A stretch of 64,000 nt of DNA from an uncultured Pseudomonadota bacterium (GTDB lineage Bacteria; Pseudomonadota; Alphaproteobacteria; JACZXZ01). The translations under genes were made by a program, and so were the position numbers. Below, in pieces: positions 50,782-61,115 of the stretch (the stretch's first letter is position 1; every line of letters begins with the position of its first letter). The stretch lies in contig CAVVLJ010000004.1 in the NCBI GenBank assembly GCA_963749075.1, positions 288,001-352,000 of the forward strand, in the 5' to 3' direction. A model generated the notes under the pieces. That model ran no database searches, was not told the origin of the DNA, and saw nothing but the letters and a program-made list of their open reading frames with translations.

Positions 50782-53700
50782 CTACTCCGTCACCACCGCA
50801 CTCCCCATGGCCGTGCGGGCGTGGAGGGCCGGGCGGTACATGTCCTCGATTCCGGCCGCCGGCAGCGCATAGCTGCCCGGGATCGTCGCACGCACGATGA
50901 AGGCGACCCGGAAGTTGTTGTCCTCGAGCGACCAGCTCTTGCGTCCGAAGGTCACCGCGGCGACGAAGCGGTCGTCGCGCGCCTCCTTCATGCGCACCGT
51001 CGTCACCTTGAGCCAGGCGAACTCGTCGTTGTCGCCCTCCGCCGGCTTCACGATGCTCTCGATCTCCCAGCCCGCAGGGAGGAGGTTGACCACCACGGCA
51101 TCGTGTTGGAGCCTGTCCGACGCCGTGCCCGAGAGCGTGACCATGAAGCGGTCGTTCGCCTTGAGGGTGCTCGGGTCGATGGGCTCGCCCTTGAGGTCCG
51201 TGAAGCGGCGCTCGATGGTGAAGCCGCGCGCCTCCGCGGGTGCGGGGAGGAGCGGCACGCCCTCGATCGTCACCAGGCCCCAGAACGGCTTGTCGCCGGC
51301 GTTGCGGATGTCGATCCCCTTGGCGAGCTCGGCGTCGCTCGGTGCGATGGCAAGCGGTGCTGCGCCCTGGGCGGCGGGCTTGCCGTCGATCTCCGCCGAC
51401 ACGGGTGCCGCGTCCTTGATGAGATCGTGGGCGGCGATCAGCATCCAGGCGTTCTCCTGGGTGGTGGTCGAGCCCCGGCGGTACTGGAGGCGCGGCAGCT
51501 CGTCGAGGAGCGTCCTCAGGAGGCCCCCCTCGCCCGCCTCGGCGCTCGCCGCCGTGAGGGCCGCGAGATCGCGCAGGCGCGAGCCGTAATAGTCGCGCAC
51601 GACGCCGCGCTCGAGCGTCTGCCGCGCCAGCCTGAAGGCGTTCGCCGCGCGCGTGCGGTCGCCCGCCATGGCGAGTGCTGCGCCGAGCTGGCCGTAGCCG
51701 AGGGGCGAATCGATCGCGGCGAGCTCGTTGTCGTGGAAGTAGCGCAGGTCGCCGAGGTTGGAGAGGTTCATCTTGGCGAGGACGTAGAAGGCGTAGGCGC
51801 GGATGTGCGCGCGCTGCCACTTGTCGCGCCAATAGTCCGCGTCGTCCGCGTCGGCGAAGCTCACCTCGCGGTTGTGCGTGAGGTTGACGAGCCAGGTGAC
51901 GCCGCGCTCGAGCGCCGATTGCGGCACGAGATAGCCGGCCTTCTTCGCCTCGAAGAGAAAATCGAGGGCGAAGACCGAGAGCCAGGGATAGGCCGTATCG
52001 CTCGGCCCCCACAGGCCGAAGTCGCCGCCCGCGCGCTGCATGTCGAGCACGTGGCCGATCGCCTGCTGCACGCGCTGGGGCAGCGCCAAATCCTGCTTGG
52101 CGTGGCCGGCCGCCGCCACCTCGTTGAAGTAGAGGAGCGGAAAGGCCCGGCTCGTGGTCTGCTCGAGGCAGCCGTAGGGATAGCGGTCGAGGGCACCCAG
52201 GAGGGCCGGAATATTGAAGCCGCGCCAGCTCTCGACGGTGACGCCGAGATGGGCCGAGCCCGGCAGCATGTCGGCCGTGAGCGCATTGTCCAGGTGGAGC
52301 GTCTGACCGGGCTGGAGCTGCACGCTGAGATCCTGGGTGAGCGGCACCTGCGCCGGGCGCACGGCGATGTCCCAGGAATGCTCGACGGCAAAGCCGCCCG
52401 GGCCGCTCAACGCCAGCATGAAGCTGCCGACGCCGACCTCCTTGCCCTCGATGGGGAGAGCGAGGAGCTTCCTCTCGCCCGCGGCAAGCGTCACGGTCTG
52501 GTTGACCGTGGCGCTCTCGAGGCTGACGGCGCCGGTCGTCGTGAGCGAGACCTGATAATCGCCCGCGGCACCCTCGACGTTGTGGAGGAGGAGGGAGAGC
52601 CGGCTCTTGTCGCCCGGTGCCAGGAAGCGCGGCAGCGTTGCCTCGGCCACAACCGCATCGCGCACCGCGGCGTTGGCCTCGCCCGAGCCGAGCTGGCTCT
52701 TGTTGTAGGCGAGCGCCATGAAGCGCAGCTGGCCTTCGAAATCGGGCACCTCGAAGGTGACCTCGGCATGCCCGTCCTTGTCGGTCTCGACGAGGCCGGA
52801 GAAGAGGGAGACCGTCTTGGTCGGCACCACGGCGAGCGAGGCGCCGCCGAGACCGGCGTCGCCGCCCACGTGGATGGCGCCGGCGGGTGCCTCGCGGTCG
52901 TCGAGCAGGTGCCCGTAGTCGTCGCGCATGGCGACGCCGAGCTGGCGTTTGCCGTAATAATAGTTGGCCGGCGACGGCGTCTTGAAATGGGTGAGCTGCA
53001 GGATGCCCTCGTCGACGGCGGCGAGCGTGAGGTGCGCCACGGTACCGGCCGCGAGGCCGTCGACGCTGATCGGCACCGTGACGCTGGTGCGCGGCCGGAT
53101 GCGCTCGGGCACCGCGAGCTTCACCGCAAGCGTGCGGCTCGCAAGGTCGAGGGCGACCCAGCTCACGCCCACGGCGCGGATCGGCTCGTGGGACTTGCCC
53201 GCGCGCAAGGGCCGATAGGCGGTCGCCATGACGTAGGCGCCGCTGCCCCAGCTCTCCTCGACCGGGATCTCGACGGTGCCGCCCTCGGCCGGCACATGCA
53301 GCTCGCGGCTCTCGAAGATGTGGTTGCCGGCGACGGTCACCAGCACGTCCGCCTCGAAGGGCGGCTTGATGGTGAGGCGCGCGGTCTCGCCGGGGCGGTA
53401 CTTCTCGCGCTCGGCTATGACGCTCACCTTGTCCGGCGTGTCCGCGGCGTCGGGTCCTGCGTCCCACCAGCCGGAGAGGAAGAGGGCGCTCGTCACAGCA
53501 CCGCTCGCCGCGTCCTTGAGCGTCAAGCGGTAGCGGCCCCAGCCGGCGAGCGGCAGCGAGAGCTTGGCCGGCCGCCCGGCGGTGGCGTCCACGCTGCCGG
53601 TGCTGAGCGGCACGTCCTTGTAGATCGCCTCGTAGTTCCAGCCGCGGCCCGTCTCGTACCACTGCCAATGGACGTCCTGGCGGACGAGCTCCCAGCTGAG

Positions 53701-55776
53701 GCCGGGGCGCGCGAGCGCCTTGCCGTCGGCATCGAGCGCCACCAGCTCGAAGCGCGCCTCGTCGCCGATGGGGACCGCGTCCTGGAAAAGCGGGCGCAGG
53801 CCGATGAAGAGGTCCCGCGTGTGCACCGGGAGCGTGAGCACGTCCTTGGTGACGCGGCCGCCGGGCTCGTGGATGCCGACGGTGACGTCGCCCTTGAGCG
53901 GCAGGCTCGTCGCGGGGAGCTGGAGAGGGTCGCCCGTGACCGTGGTCTTGCCGCTCGCGTCCGTGTCGGCGATCTCGAGGGGGATCGGCTTGAAGTCGGG
54001 CTTCTCCTCGGCGCGGCCGAAGCTGAAGGCGCGGTAGTTGGGGAACGGCGTGGGGTCGGCGGCGAGATCGAGCTCGGCCTCGCCCGAGAGGCCGGCGGCA
54101 GGTGCGCCATAGAGGAAATTCACCTCCGCCGCGATCGCCACCGCCTCGCCGGGGACGAGGGCCGGGCTCTTGCTGGCGAGCGTCAGCTTGAGGCGCTGCG
54201 GGACGAAGTCGTCGACCATGAACTCGGCCTTGCCGATCGAGCGCGTGCCGTCGAGCAGCGCCGACGCGGTCCACAGCCCGCGCGCCGCGGTGGCGCTCAA
54301 GGCGAAGGGCGCGTGGCTGCCGCCGTCGCCCGCGTCGGCGAGGAGGACGCGCGTCTGCTCGACGCCGTCGGGGCGGCGGATGACGAGGGAGACGGGCGCC
54401 TTCTCGACCGCCGCCGCCGCCGCGTCGCGCACGAGGGTCACCAGGTTGACCGTCTCGCCGGGGCGGTAGATGCCGCGGTCGGTCGCGATATAGACGTCGA
54501 GGGCGCCCGGCGAGGGCCGGCCCGAGACGCCGCGGTCCGAGAGGTCGAAGGCGGCGGTGGTCAAGAGGATGCGGTTGAAGTCCTCGGCCTTGCTCATGTC
54601 GTCGCTCGGCCCATAGGCCATGACCATGAGCGGCTCGGTGGCGGCCTTGCCGCGCAAGAGGCCGGGTGCGAAGCGGGCATGGCCCGAGGCGTCGCTCAAG
54701 GCGGTGCCCAGCTCGTCGTTGTCGTGCGCGATGAGGACGAGCCGCGAGCCGGCCACCGGCTTCGCCGTCTCGATCGAGCGGACGAAGACGTCGAGCCCGT
54801 CCGTGCCGCGGAAGACGGTGAGGCCGAGATCGGTGTCGTAGACGAGCTGCGCCGCGATGTTCTCCTGGTAGCGCTCCTCGCTCGCCGGTGCGAACTTGTC
54901 GGCGGCGACCACCACATAGGCGCCGGGCTTCCACGGCTTCACCACGTCGCGGATGGGGAAGGCGGTGACCGTCGTCTCGTTGCGCCGGCCCTTGACCGCC
55001 ATCTTGCCGGACCATACGAGGGCGGCGGTCTCGGATTCGAGCTGGTCGATCTGATAGGAGTTGATCACCGCCTGGATGTCGAGCTTCTGGAAGAGCGCGC
55101 GGTCGCTCACCCGGTAGACGCGGAGCGCCACCTCGTCGAGGTTGACCGTGGTGACGGGGACGCCGGCATTGCCGGTGCGCGGCAGGACGAACTGGGCGGA
55201 GGACGCGAAGCGCACGATCGGCGCCTTGTCGGCGAAGGTGATCGGCAGGCTTTGCGCGGCGGCGAGCTTGGCGCCTGAGGCCGCCGGCAGTCCGGCGCGG
55301 AGCTCGATGCTGTAGGCCTTGCCGAAGGGGAGCCCGCTCAAGCAGAGCCGCGGGCCGCTCGCGAGCAGGGCCGCCTCCGCATGTCCGGGCACGCTCACGT
55401 AATCCTCGTAGTGAGCGGCCGGTCCCTCGATCAGCGCCTCGGAGAAGGTGAGGCAGGCCGCCGCCAGGTCCTTGGAGGTGTCGAGGTCGAGGCGGGTCAC
55501 CTCGAAGGGCTGCGGCGGCACCGCGGCGGGAGAGGGGGCGGGATTGGCCGCAGGCGCGGCAGGTGCGGCGGCCGTGGCCGTCTGCCCGGGCGCGGGAGCG
55601 GTTAGGGCGGTGGCCGGTGCAGCTGTCGCCGCGCTTTGCGCGCTCGACGCGGGCAGAGGCACGGGTGGCGGCGCGCAGCAGGGCTGCGGCAGGCGGAAGA
55701 GCAGCCAGCCGCCGGCCGCGGCCACGACGACGGCGAGGGCAACGGTGAGGACGAGCCAACGGGTCTTGTGCTGCAT
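50782..55776 (-). CDS. Bacterial alpha-2-macroglobulin (YfhM type)
   Basis: TDRGIYRPGETV, AVDEGIL, LPRFLAPGD, YPYGCLEQ thioester motif, EDMYRP; N-terminal TM anchor. Confidence 0.95.
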   Translation of the reverse strand: MQHKTRWLVLTVALAVVVAAAGGWLLFRLPQPCCAPPPVPLPASSAQSAATAAPATALTAPAPGQTATAAAPAAPAANPAPSPAAVPPQPFEVTRLDLDTSKDLAAACLTFSEALIEGPAAHYEDYVSVPGHAEAALLASGPRLCLSGLPFGKAYSIELRAGLPAASGAKLAAAQSLPITFADKAPIVRFASSAQFVLPRTGNAGVPVTTVNLDEVALRVYRVSDRALFQKLDIQAVINSYQIDQLESETAALVWSGKMAVKGRRNETTVTAFPIRDVVKPWKPGAYVVVAADKFAPASEERYQENIAAQLVYDTDLGLTVFRGTDGLDVFVRSIETAKPVAGSRLVLIAHDNDELGTALSDASGHARFAPGLLRGKAATEPLMVMAYGPSDDMSKAEDFNRILLTTAAFDLSDRGVSGRPSPGALDVYIATDRGIYRPGETVNLVTLVRDAAAAAVEKAPVSLVIRRPDGVEQTRVLLADAGDGGSHAPFALSATAARGLWTASALLDGTRSIGKAEFMVDDFVPQRLKLTLASKSPALVPGEAVAIAAEVNFLYGAPAAGLSGEAELDLAADPTPFPNYRAFSFGRAEEKPDFKPIPLEIADTDASGKTTVTGDPLQLPATSLPLKGDVTVGIHEPGGRVTKDVLTLPVHTRDLFIGLRPLFQDAVPIGDEARFELVALDADGKALARPGLSWELVRQDVHWQWYETGRGWNYEAIYKDVPLSTGSVDATAGRPAKLSLPLAGWGRYRLTLKDAASGAVTSALFLSGWWDAGPDAADTPDKVSVIAEREKYRPGETARLTIKPPFEADVLVTVAGNHIFESRELHVPAEGGTVEIPVEESWGSGAYVMATAYRPLRAGKSHEPIRAVGVSWVALDLASRTLAVKLAVPERIRPRTSVTVPISVDGLAAGTVAHLTLAAVDEGILQLTHFKTPSPANYYYGKRQLGVAMRDDYGHLLDDREAPAGAIHVGGDAGLGGASLAVVPTKTVSLFSGLVETDKDGHAEVTFEVPDFEGQLRFMALAYNKSQLGSGEANAAVRDAVVAEATLPRFLAPGDKSRLSLLLHNVEGAAGDYQVSLTTTGAVSLESATVNQTVTLAAGERKLLALPIEGKEVGVGSFMLALSGPGGFAVEHSWDIAVRPAQVPLTQDLSVQLQPGQTLHLDNALTADMLPGSAHLGVTVESWRGFNIPALLGALDRYPYGCLEQTTSRAFPLLYFNEVAAAGHAKQDLALPQRVQQAIGHVLDMQRAGGDFGLWGPSDTAYPWLSVFALDFLFEAKKAGYLVPQSALERGVTWLVNLTHNREVSFADADDADYWRDKWQRAHIRAYAFYVLAKMNLSNLGDLRYFHDNELAAIDSPLGYGQLGAALAMAGDRTRAANAFRLARQTLERGVVRDYYGSRLRDLAALTAASAEAGEGGLLRTLLDELPRLQYRRGSTTTQENAWMLIAAHDLIKDAAPVSAEIDGKPAAQGAAPLAIAPSDAELAKGIDIRNAGDKPFWGLVTIEGVPLLPAPAEARGFTIERRFTDLKGEPIDPSTLKANDRFMVTLSGTASDRLQHDAVVVNLLPAGWEIESIVKPAEGDNDEFAWLKVTTVRMKEARDDRFVAAVTFGRKSWSLEDNNFRVAFIVRATIPGSYALPAAGIEDMYRPALHARTAMGSAVVTE

Positions 55777-55955
55777 GACGCTCTCGCTGCGGAGCCGCGG
55801 CGCTCCGAACTGGGGGTTCAGGGATGGGATGCGGGAGAGGGCACGTGTGCCTCGGTTCCTTTAGTGGCCGCGCACGATATCAGTCAAGTTAAGCGCAGAA
55901 CTTTGTCAAATTGTAGGCCAGATTTGCACCGGAGCGGGGTTCGCTTCAATGGGGA

Positions 55956-56540
55956 TCAGCGATCGGCCAGGGCCAAGTAGCGGGCAAGCTCATCGTACCA
56001 GCGCGTTTGCTCGGCGGGCGTGAAATGAGCATTGGCGGGGCTCGGATTCGGCACCACGAAGAGAGGCGTCCGAGCGATGCGCGCCGCTTGCAGTCCCAGG
56101 CCGGGGCGGGACTTGTCGCCGGGCATGAGGGCGCGGTGGATCGGCCTGTAAGCCATGATGCCGTGGACGCAGGCGACCTTCGGCCCGTAGCGCTCGATCT
56201 TGGCGGCGAGGCTTGCTACGCCGGCGGCCAATTCCGAGGCCGCGAGGTCGCGGACCCCTTTGCTCGGGCGCTTGACCAGATCGGTAAAGCCGAAGCCGTG
56301 GGCGAGGAGGGTGCTGTCGTGCACCGGCTCCAGGTGCTGAAGCCCCATCGCCTCTCTTGCCGCGCGGCTCAGGGTCGAGCGCGAGAAGGCGGGCCAGAAG
56401 CGGTTCGCGCGCCGCGCAAAATAATGCCCCTCAGCGGCCGAGAAGAGCGACGGATTGATGCCGATGAAGACCACATCGAGCCCGTTGCAGAGCAAATCCG
56501 GAAGCGTGGGCGGCGAACCGTGGGAAGCCATTCGATGCAT
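55956..56540 (-). CDS. mug: Mismatch-specific uracil/thymine DNA glycosylase (family 2 UDG)
   Basis: LPDLL..GLDVVFIGINPS, HYFA...NRFW, GFTDLVKRP, PNPSPAN. Confidence 0.88.
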   Translation of the reverse strand: MHRMASHGSPPTLPDLLCNGLDVVFIGINPSLFSAAEGHYFARRANRFWPAFSRSTLSRAAREAMGLQHLEPVHDSTLLAHGFGFTDLVKRPSKGVRDLAASELAAGVASLAAKIERYGPKVACVHGIMAYRPIHRALMPGDKSRPGLGLQAARIARTPLFVVPNPSPANAHFTPAEQTRWYDELARYLALADR

Positions 56541-56600
56541 TCTCCCGCCTAAAAGGTCAGTCCCATCGAGCGGATTCCAATCGGCCAGAGCATTCTCGGT

Positions 56601-56678
56601 CGTCACCCCGGCGAAGGCCGGGGTCCAGGGGCCGCCGCGCGCCGCTTGCGCCCGGGTTCCCGCTTTCGCGGGAACGGC
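56601..56678. repeat. REP-like doublet (GTCACCCCGGCGAAGGCCGGGGTCCA / TCCCGCTTTCGCGGGA)
   Basis: Two GC-rich hairpins of a third repeat family. Confidence 0.75.
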
Positions 56679-56739
56679 CATCGAGAACGAGCCTACCTGA
56701 TCGGGTTCCGCCCTAAGGGGTCGTGAGAGCATCCTCGCG

Positions 56740-59287
56740 TCACGCCGCGCCCGCGGCACCGCCGTCGAAATAGAGTATGTCCGTCGACCAGAAGGTGACG
56801 GCGACGGGGATCGCCGCGGGCGAGCCGTCGGCATACACCGTGGTGCGGAGCTCGATCGCGGCGCCGTTGAGATAGGGCGGCTCGAAGATGTCCGTGCCGG
56901 CGAAGGGCTCTAGGATCCTGAGCTCGCCGCTGGCGGAGATGCCGCTGCCTTTAGGGGCATGCAACCGCGCAGGAGTATGGAACGAGAGCCGGCGGCTCGC
57001 CTCGTCGTACTGCTTGACGACGAGGCGGTTGCCGCCGATCGAGACGGCAAGGCCGGGACGGAGCGCCCGTTCGCTCACGCCGCCTCGCTCGATCTCGACC
57101 GCGGCAGCACCCGGTGCCAGCTCCGCCGCGAGACTGCCAAGCCCGATAGGCGAGACGTCGAGGCGCGGCGGCAGGCTGAAGCGGAGCCGGCAATAATCGC
57201 TCTCCCCGCTGTCGAGACGCAGCGCCAGTATCTCCATGATGCCCCGCGTCGGCCGCTCGGCGGAGCCGCAGAGCTGGAGGCGGTTGCCGGTCGAGCCGCG
57301 GGCCGCGGATCCTAAGAGGAAGGTGCCGCTCGAGCGGTGGACGGCGCGCTCGGAAAGCCCCATCGGCGGCGGCTCGACGGCGTTCTCCACGACGCTCGAC
57401 GCCGCGCCTTGCGGGCGCGCTCGCCGTGATCCGCGGGGTGAGCGCCAATCCGGCGGCGCTCAGGATGCCGTTGCCCAGCTGCATGGCGCAGTCGTTCGGC
57501 GTCTCGCAATCGATGGCGATGAGGCCGCTCGGCGGCGTGCCGGCGAGCCAGAGCGGATCGCCCGCGCGCGCGATGAAGCCGCTCTCGTCGTAGCGGATGC
57601 GGTCGATCTCGACCGATTTGCTCGCCGGGTTCCCGAAGAGGAAGTTCTGGATGCGGCGAAGCACGCCCTCCGAGCCGAAGGGAATGTTGCCCTCGGGCCC
57701 GTAGGCCACCACGAGATGCACCAAGGGCTCGCCCGGCATCGGCGCCACGTAGGTCTCCGTGCCGAGGCAATCCATCAGGAGGTACGAGGGCTGGCCGAAG
57801 ACCACGAGGCTCCGATAGCTGTCGATGGTGTTGAGGTTCTTGATCGTCGCCTGGTACTGGCGCGAGGCGCTGCGCGAGGGGCAATAGACCGCATGGCCGC
57901 TGACGGCGGCCTGGCTCGGCGGCATCTTGTCCTTGCCGCGGCGGAAGGGCATGAACCACACGGAGGTACCCTGGGGATTGACGCTCGCGGTCTCAGGGCG
58001 CAGCACGCTCTCGTAGAACCAGAGGTCGAGGTTGGCGTTGAGGCGCAGGCGCTGCTCCAAGCCGCTGCGGTTGTCGAGCGAGAGCAGCACCACGAACTGC
58101 GTGTCGGTCCCCGCATAAGGATGTCCCTCGGGCAGGCAGACCGCATTGCCGCAGGCGATGCAGTTGACCTCGCGGTAGGTGCAGTCGAGGAAGCTGCCGC
58201 CCTGGATGAAGGGATAGCCGAAGCCGCAGATGTTGACGTTGTCGAACGTCACGTGATCGAAGACCAACATGTTGACCGCCGCGACGCGCGAGGGCTCGGC
58301 CACGTCTGGTCCGCTCATGAGTGCTGCGTAGCGGAAATTGGCGATGGTGACGCCCCTGATCTCGACCTTCGTCACGTCGCCTTGCGGCCGGAAGCAGGCG
58401 CCGCCCGTCGCCGCCACCGGGTCACGCGGTGCCGTGGGCGGCGGGTAGTCGATCCTGCAGCAAAGCGCGCCATAAAGTGTTGCGGGCCGGTCGGGTGCGG
58501 CGGCCGCGCGATAGGTGAAGCTGCGCTCGCCCGTCACGGCGATCGGCTGGATGCCGCAGTAGCTGTCGGGCAGTGCGAAGAACACCGCCACCCGGTCGCC
58601 GGAGCGGAAATTGTGCGGGCGTGCCGTGGTCGCGGTGATCGTGGAGCCCTCGGCGGCAAGGCTGGCCACCGCATAGGAGCCCTCGCCGTAGCGGTCCTTC
58701 ATCTCGGCGGGCGCGTTGCCCGTGATGCGCGGGAAGGCGGCGATGGCGCCCGTGAGCGTGCCGGGACCCGCGATGGCCTGGCCGTCGTGCCTCAAGACGA
58801 GGGTCGCCTCGATGAGGTAGCTGTCGTCGATATCGACGAGGTAGCGTCCGCGCGCGGCATCGAGGGCGGCCTGCACCTGCGCCGCAGCAGGAGCCCGCCC
58901 GCCGCCCCTGGCGCCGAACCATTTGGGGCTCAGGCTGAGGCCGCTCACGAGACGCAGCCAGCGCCCGGCGCCCTCGTGCCCGGTGGGCTTGAGGACGAGG
59001 CCGCCGTCGTCGGGTGCCGTGCTCGCGCCAGCGAAGCGGAACTCGCCGCCGCCGCCGTCGCCGGGCGCGTGATAGCCCGCCAGCGGGACGATGGCGCCTT
59101 GGGCGATCTCGCCGGGCGGCAGCGCACGCAGCTCCGCGATGGTGGCGGGCGAGCGCTCCGTGGCGGCAGCGGCGCGGCAGGCGGCGGCGGTCCCCGCCGC
59201 ACCCGCGGCAGAGGCGGCGAGTCCTGCCTGCAGCAGGCGGCGCCGCCTGAGCCCAGGCTTCTGCCCGCGCGCGGAATGACCCGTCAT
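56740..59287 (-). CDS. Tat-exported protein with a phage tailspike-like N-terminal module; probable +1 frameshift at about 57409
   Basis: LRRRRLLQAGLAA Tat signal; IAELRAL..LAGYHAPGDGGGGEF...DDGG....GRWLR...KWFGA.G. Removing one A joins ORF 56951-59365 to ORF 56740-57390, giving about 848 aa. Confidence 0.65.
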
Positions 59288-59441
59288 CGCCGCTCTCCTT
59301 CCGGCAGGTTCCCCTCGCCGGAGCGAGCATAGCCGATCTTGCGGCGGGCGCAGTAGGGCGGGCACGGCAGCGCCGCCGCCTTGCGGCGGGCGACCGTGTG
59401 GAGTTCGTGGAGAGACGTGGTCCCCGCGGCGGGGGCCGGCC

Positions 59442-59651
59442 TTACATCAGGCCTTCTCGCTCGGCGCGCTTGCGCGCCAGCTTGCGGGCCCGGCGCACCG
59501 CCTCCGCCCGTTCGCGAGCCTTGCGCTCGGAGGGCTTCTCGTAGGAGCGGCGCAGCTTCATCTCGCGGAAGATCCCCTCCCGCTGCATCTTCTTCTTGAG
59601 CGCGCGCAACGCCTGATCGACGTTGTTGTCGCGCACGACCACCTGGACCAG
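59442..59651 (-). CDS. rpsU: 30S ribosomal protein S21 (probable CTG start)
   Basis: [37 protein letters not shown]; GGAGGA RBS 6 nt before CTG 59651. Confidence 0.95.
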   Translation of the reverse strand: MVQVVVRDNNVDQALRALKKKMQREGIFREMKLRRSYEKPSERKARERAEAVRRARKLARKRAEREGLM

Positions 59652-59843
59652 GGCTTATCCTCCTTCCCGCATGAGGTTGAGCAATTGGCGTGTCGCTGGA
59701 GCGCGTCCTTCTAGCACAGCGCCACCCCGCCCTCAAGGGCGACGTGCCAGGAAATCCGCGGCTTTCGCGGCAGCCATCTTCGCCGCACGCGGCTTTGCCG
59801 CGCACGTCTTTACCAAGGCCGGCAGCCGACGCATAGTAAGAGC

Positions 59844-60392
59844 ATGGCCATTCTCAAGATCGCGCGCATGGGCCACGCCGTCCTGCGCGAGCCGGCCCAG
59901 CCGGTCGCCGACCCGGGCGCACCCGAGATCCTGCGTCTCGTGCGCGACATGGTCGAGACCATGGCGGACGCCCCGGGCACCGGGCTCGCCGCCCCCCAGG
60001 TCCACGTCCCCTTGCGCCTCGTCGTCTACAAGGTGGCGGTGGAGCGGCTCTCGGGCGAGGCGGAGGACGAGGTGCAGCCGCTCACCGTCCTCGTCAACCC
60101 GGTGATCGAGCCGCTCGGCGAGGAGAAGGCGCTCGGCTGGGAGGGCTGCCTCTCGCTCCCCGGCCTCATGGGGGCGGTGCCGCGCTTCACGCGCATCCGC
60201 TATCGCGCCCTCGGCCTCGACGGCCAGGCGATCGAGCGCACCGCCTCGGGCTTCCACGCCCGCGTGGTGCAGCACGAGTGCGACCACCTGGACGGCATCC
60301 TCTACCCCATGCGCATCGAAGACTTCACGCGCTTCGGCTTCGTCGAGGAGATGCGGCGCTTCGCCCCGCCGCTCGCCGAGGAGGCGATATGA
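59844..60392 (+). CDS. def: Peptide deformylase
   Basis: GTGLAAPQ, EGCLS, QHECDHLDG. Confidence 0.96.
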   Translation: MAILKIARMGHAVLREPAQPVADPGAPEILRLVRDMVETMADAPGTGLAAPQVHVPLRLVVYKVAVERLSGEAEDEVQPLTVLVNPVIEPLGEEKALGWEGCLSLPGLMGAVPRFTRIRYRALGLDGQAIERTASGFHARVVQHECDHLDGILYPMRIEDFTRFGFVEEMRRFAPPLAEEAI

Positions 60393-61054
60393 CGGAGAGA
60401 GACGGTTTCGAGACCATGCGCCAGCACATCCTCGAGAGGGCACTCGTCCACGTGCCCTTCGACGGCTGGAGCGAGAGCGTGCTCATGGCCGGCGCCGAGG
60501 ACGCCGGCTACGGGCGGGCGATGGCGCTCGACGTTTTTCCCGGCGGGGTCCCGGACGCCATCGACTATGCGGCGGCGAGCGCCGACCGCGCCATGCTGGC
60601 AGCACTCGCGGCGATGGAGGGCTTCGCGGCCAAGCGCGGGCGCGACCGCGTCGCGGCGGCGATCCGCCGGCGCCTCGAGCTCAGCGCCCCCCACCGCGAG
60701 GCGATCCGGCGCGCGATGAGCGTGCTGGCGCTGCCGCAAAACGCGCCGCTCGCCTTGCGGCTCCTGTGGCGCACGGTCGATGCCGTCTGGTACGCGGCGG
60801 GCGACACGGCGACGGACTTCAACTTCTACACCAAGCGCGGCCTCCTCGCCGGCGTCTATTCGGCGACCGTGGTCTATTGGCTCAACGACCGCTCGCCCGG
60901 CTCGGCCGACAGCTGGCGCTTCCTCGAGCGCCGCCTCGACGAGGCGCTGAGCGTGCCGAGGCTCGCCGCACGCCTGCGCGAGAGGCTGGCCAGCCTGCCC
61001 TCGCCGTGGCGCGCGCTGAGGCCGCAAGGGCAGCACCGGCATCGCCCACGATAG
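60389..61054 (+). CDS. COQ9 family (rpsU-divergently transcribed) protein
   Basis: HVPFDGWS, VDAVWYAAGD.ATDFNFYTKR; ATGA overlap with def. Confidence 0.9.
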   Translation: MTERDGFETMRQHILERALVHVPFDGWSESVLMAGAEDAGYGRAMALDVFPGGVPDAIDYAAASADRAMLAALAAMEGFAAKRGRDRVAAAIRRRLELSAPHREAIRRAMSVLALPQNAPLALRLLWRTVDAVWYAAGDTATDFNFYTKRGLLAGVYSATVVYWLNDRSPGSADSWRFLERRLDEALSVPRLAARLRERLASLPSPWRALRPQGQHRHRPR

Positions 61055-61115
61055 GGCGCGGCGAGAGACCTCCCTCCGCTTTCCCACGCCGCATTCCACT
61101 CCCGCACTGCGCATC

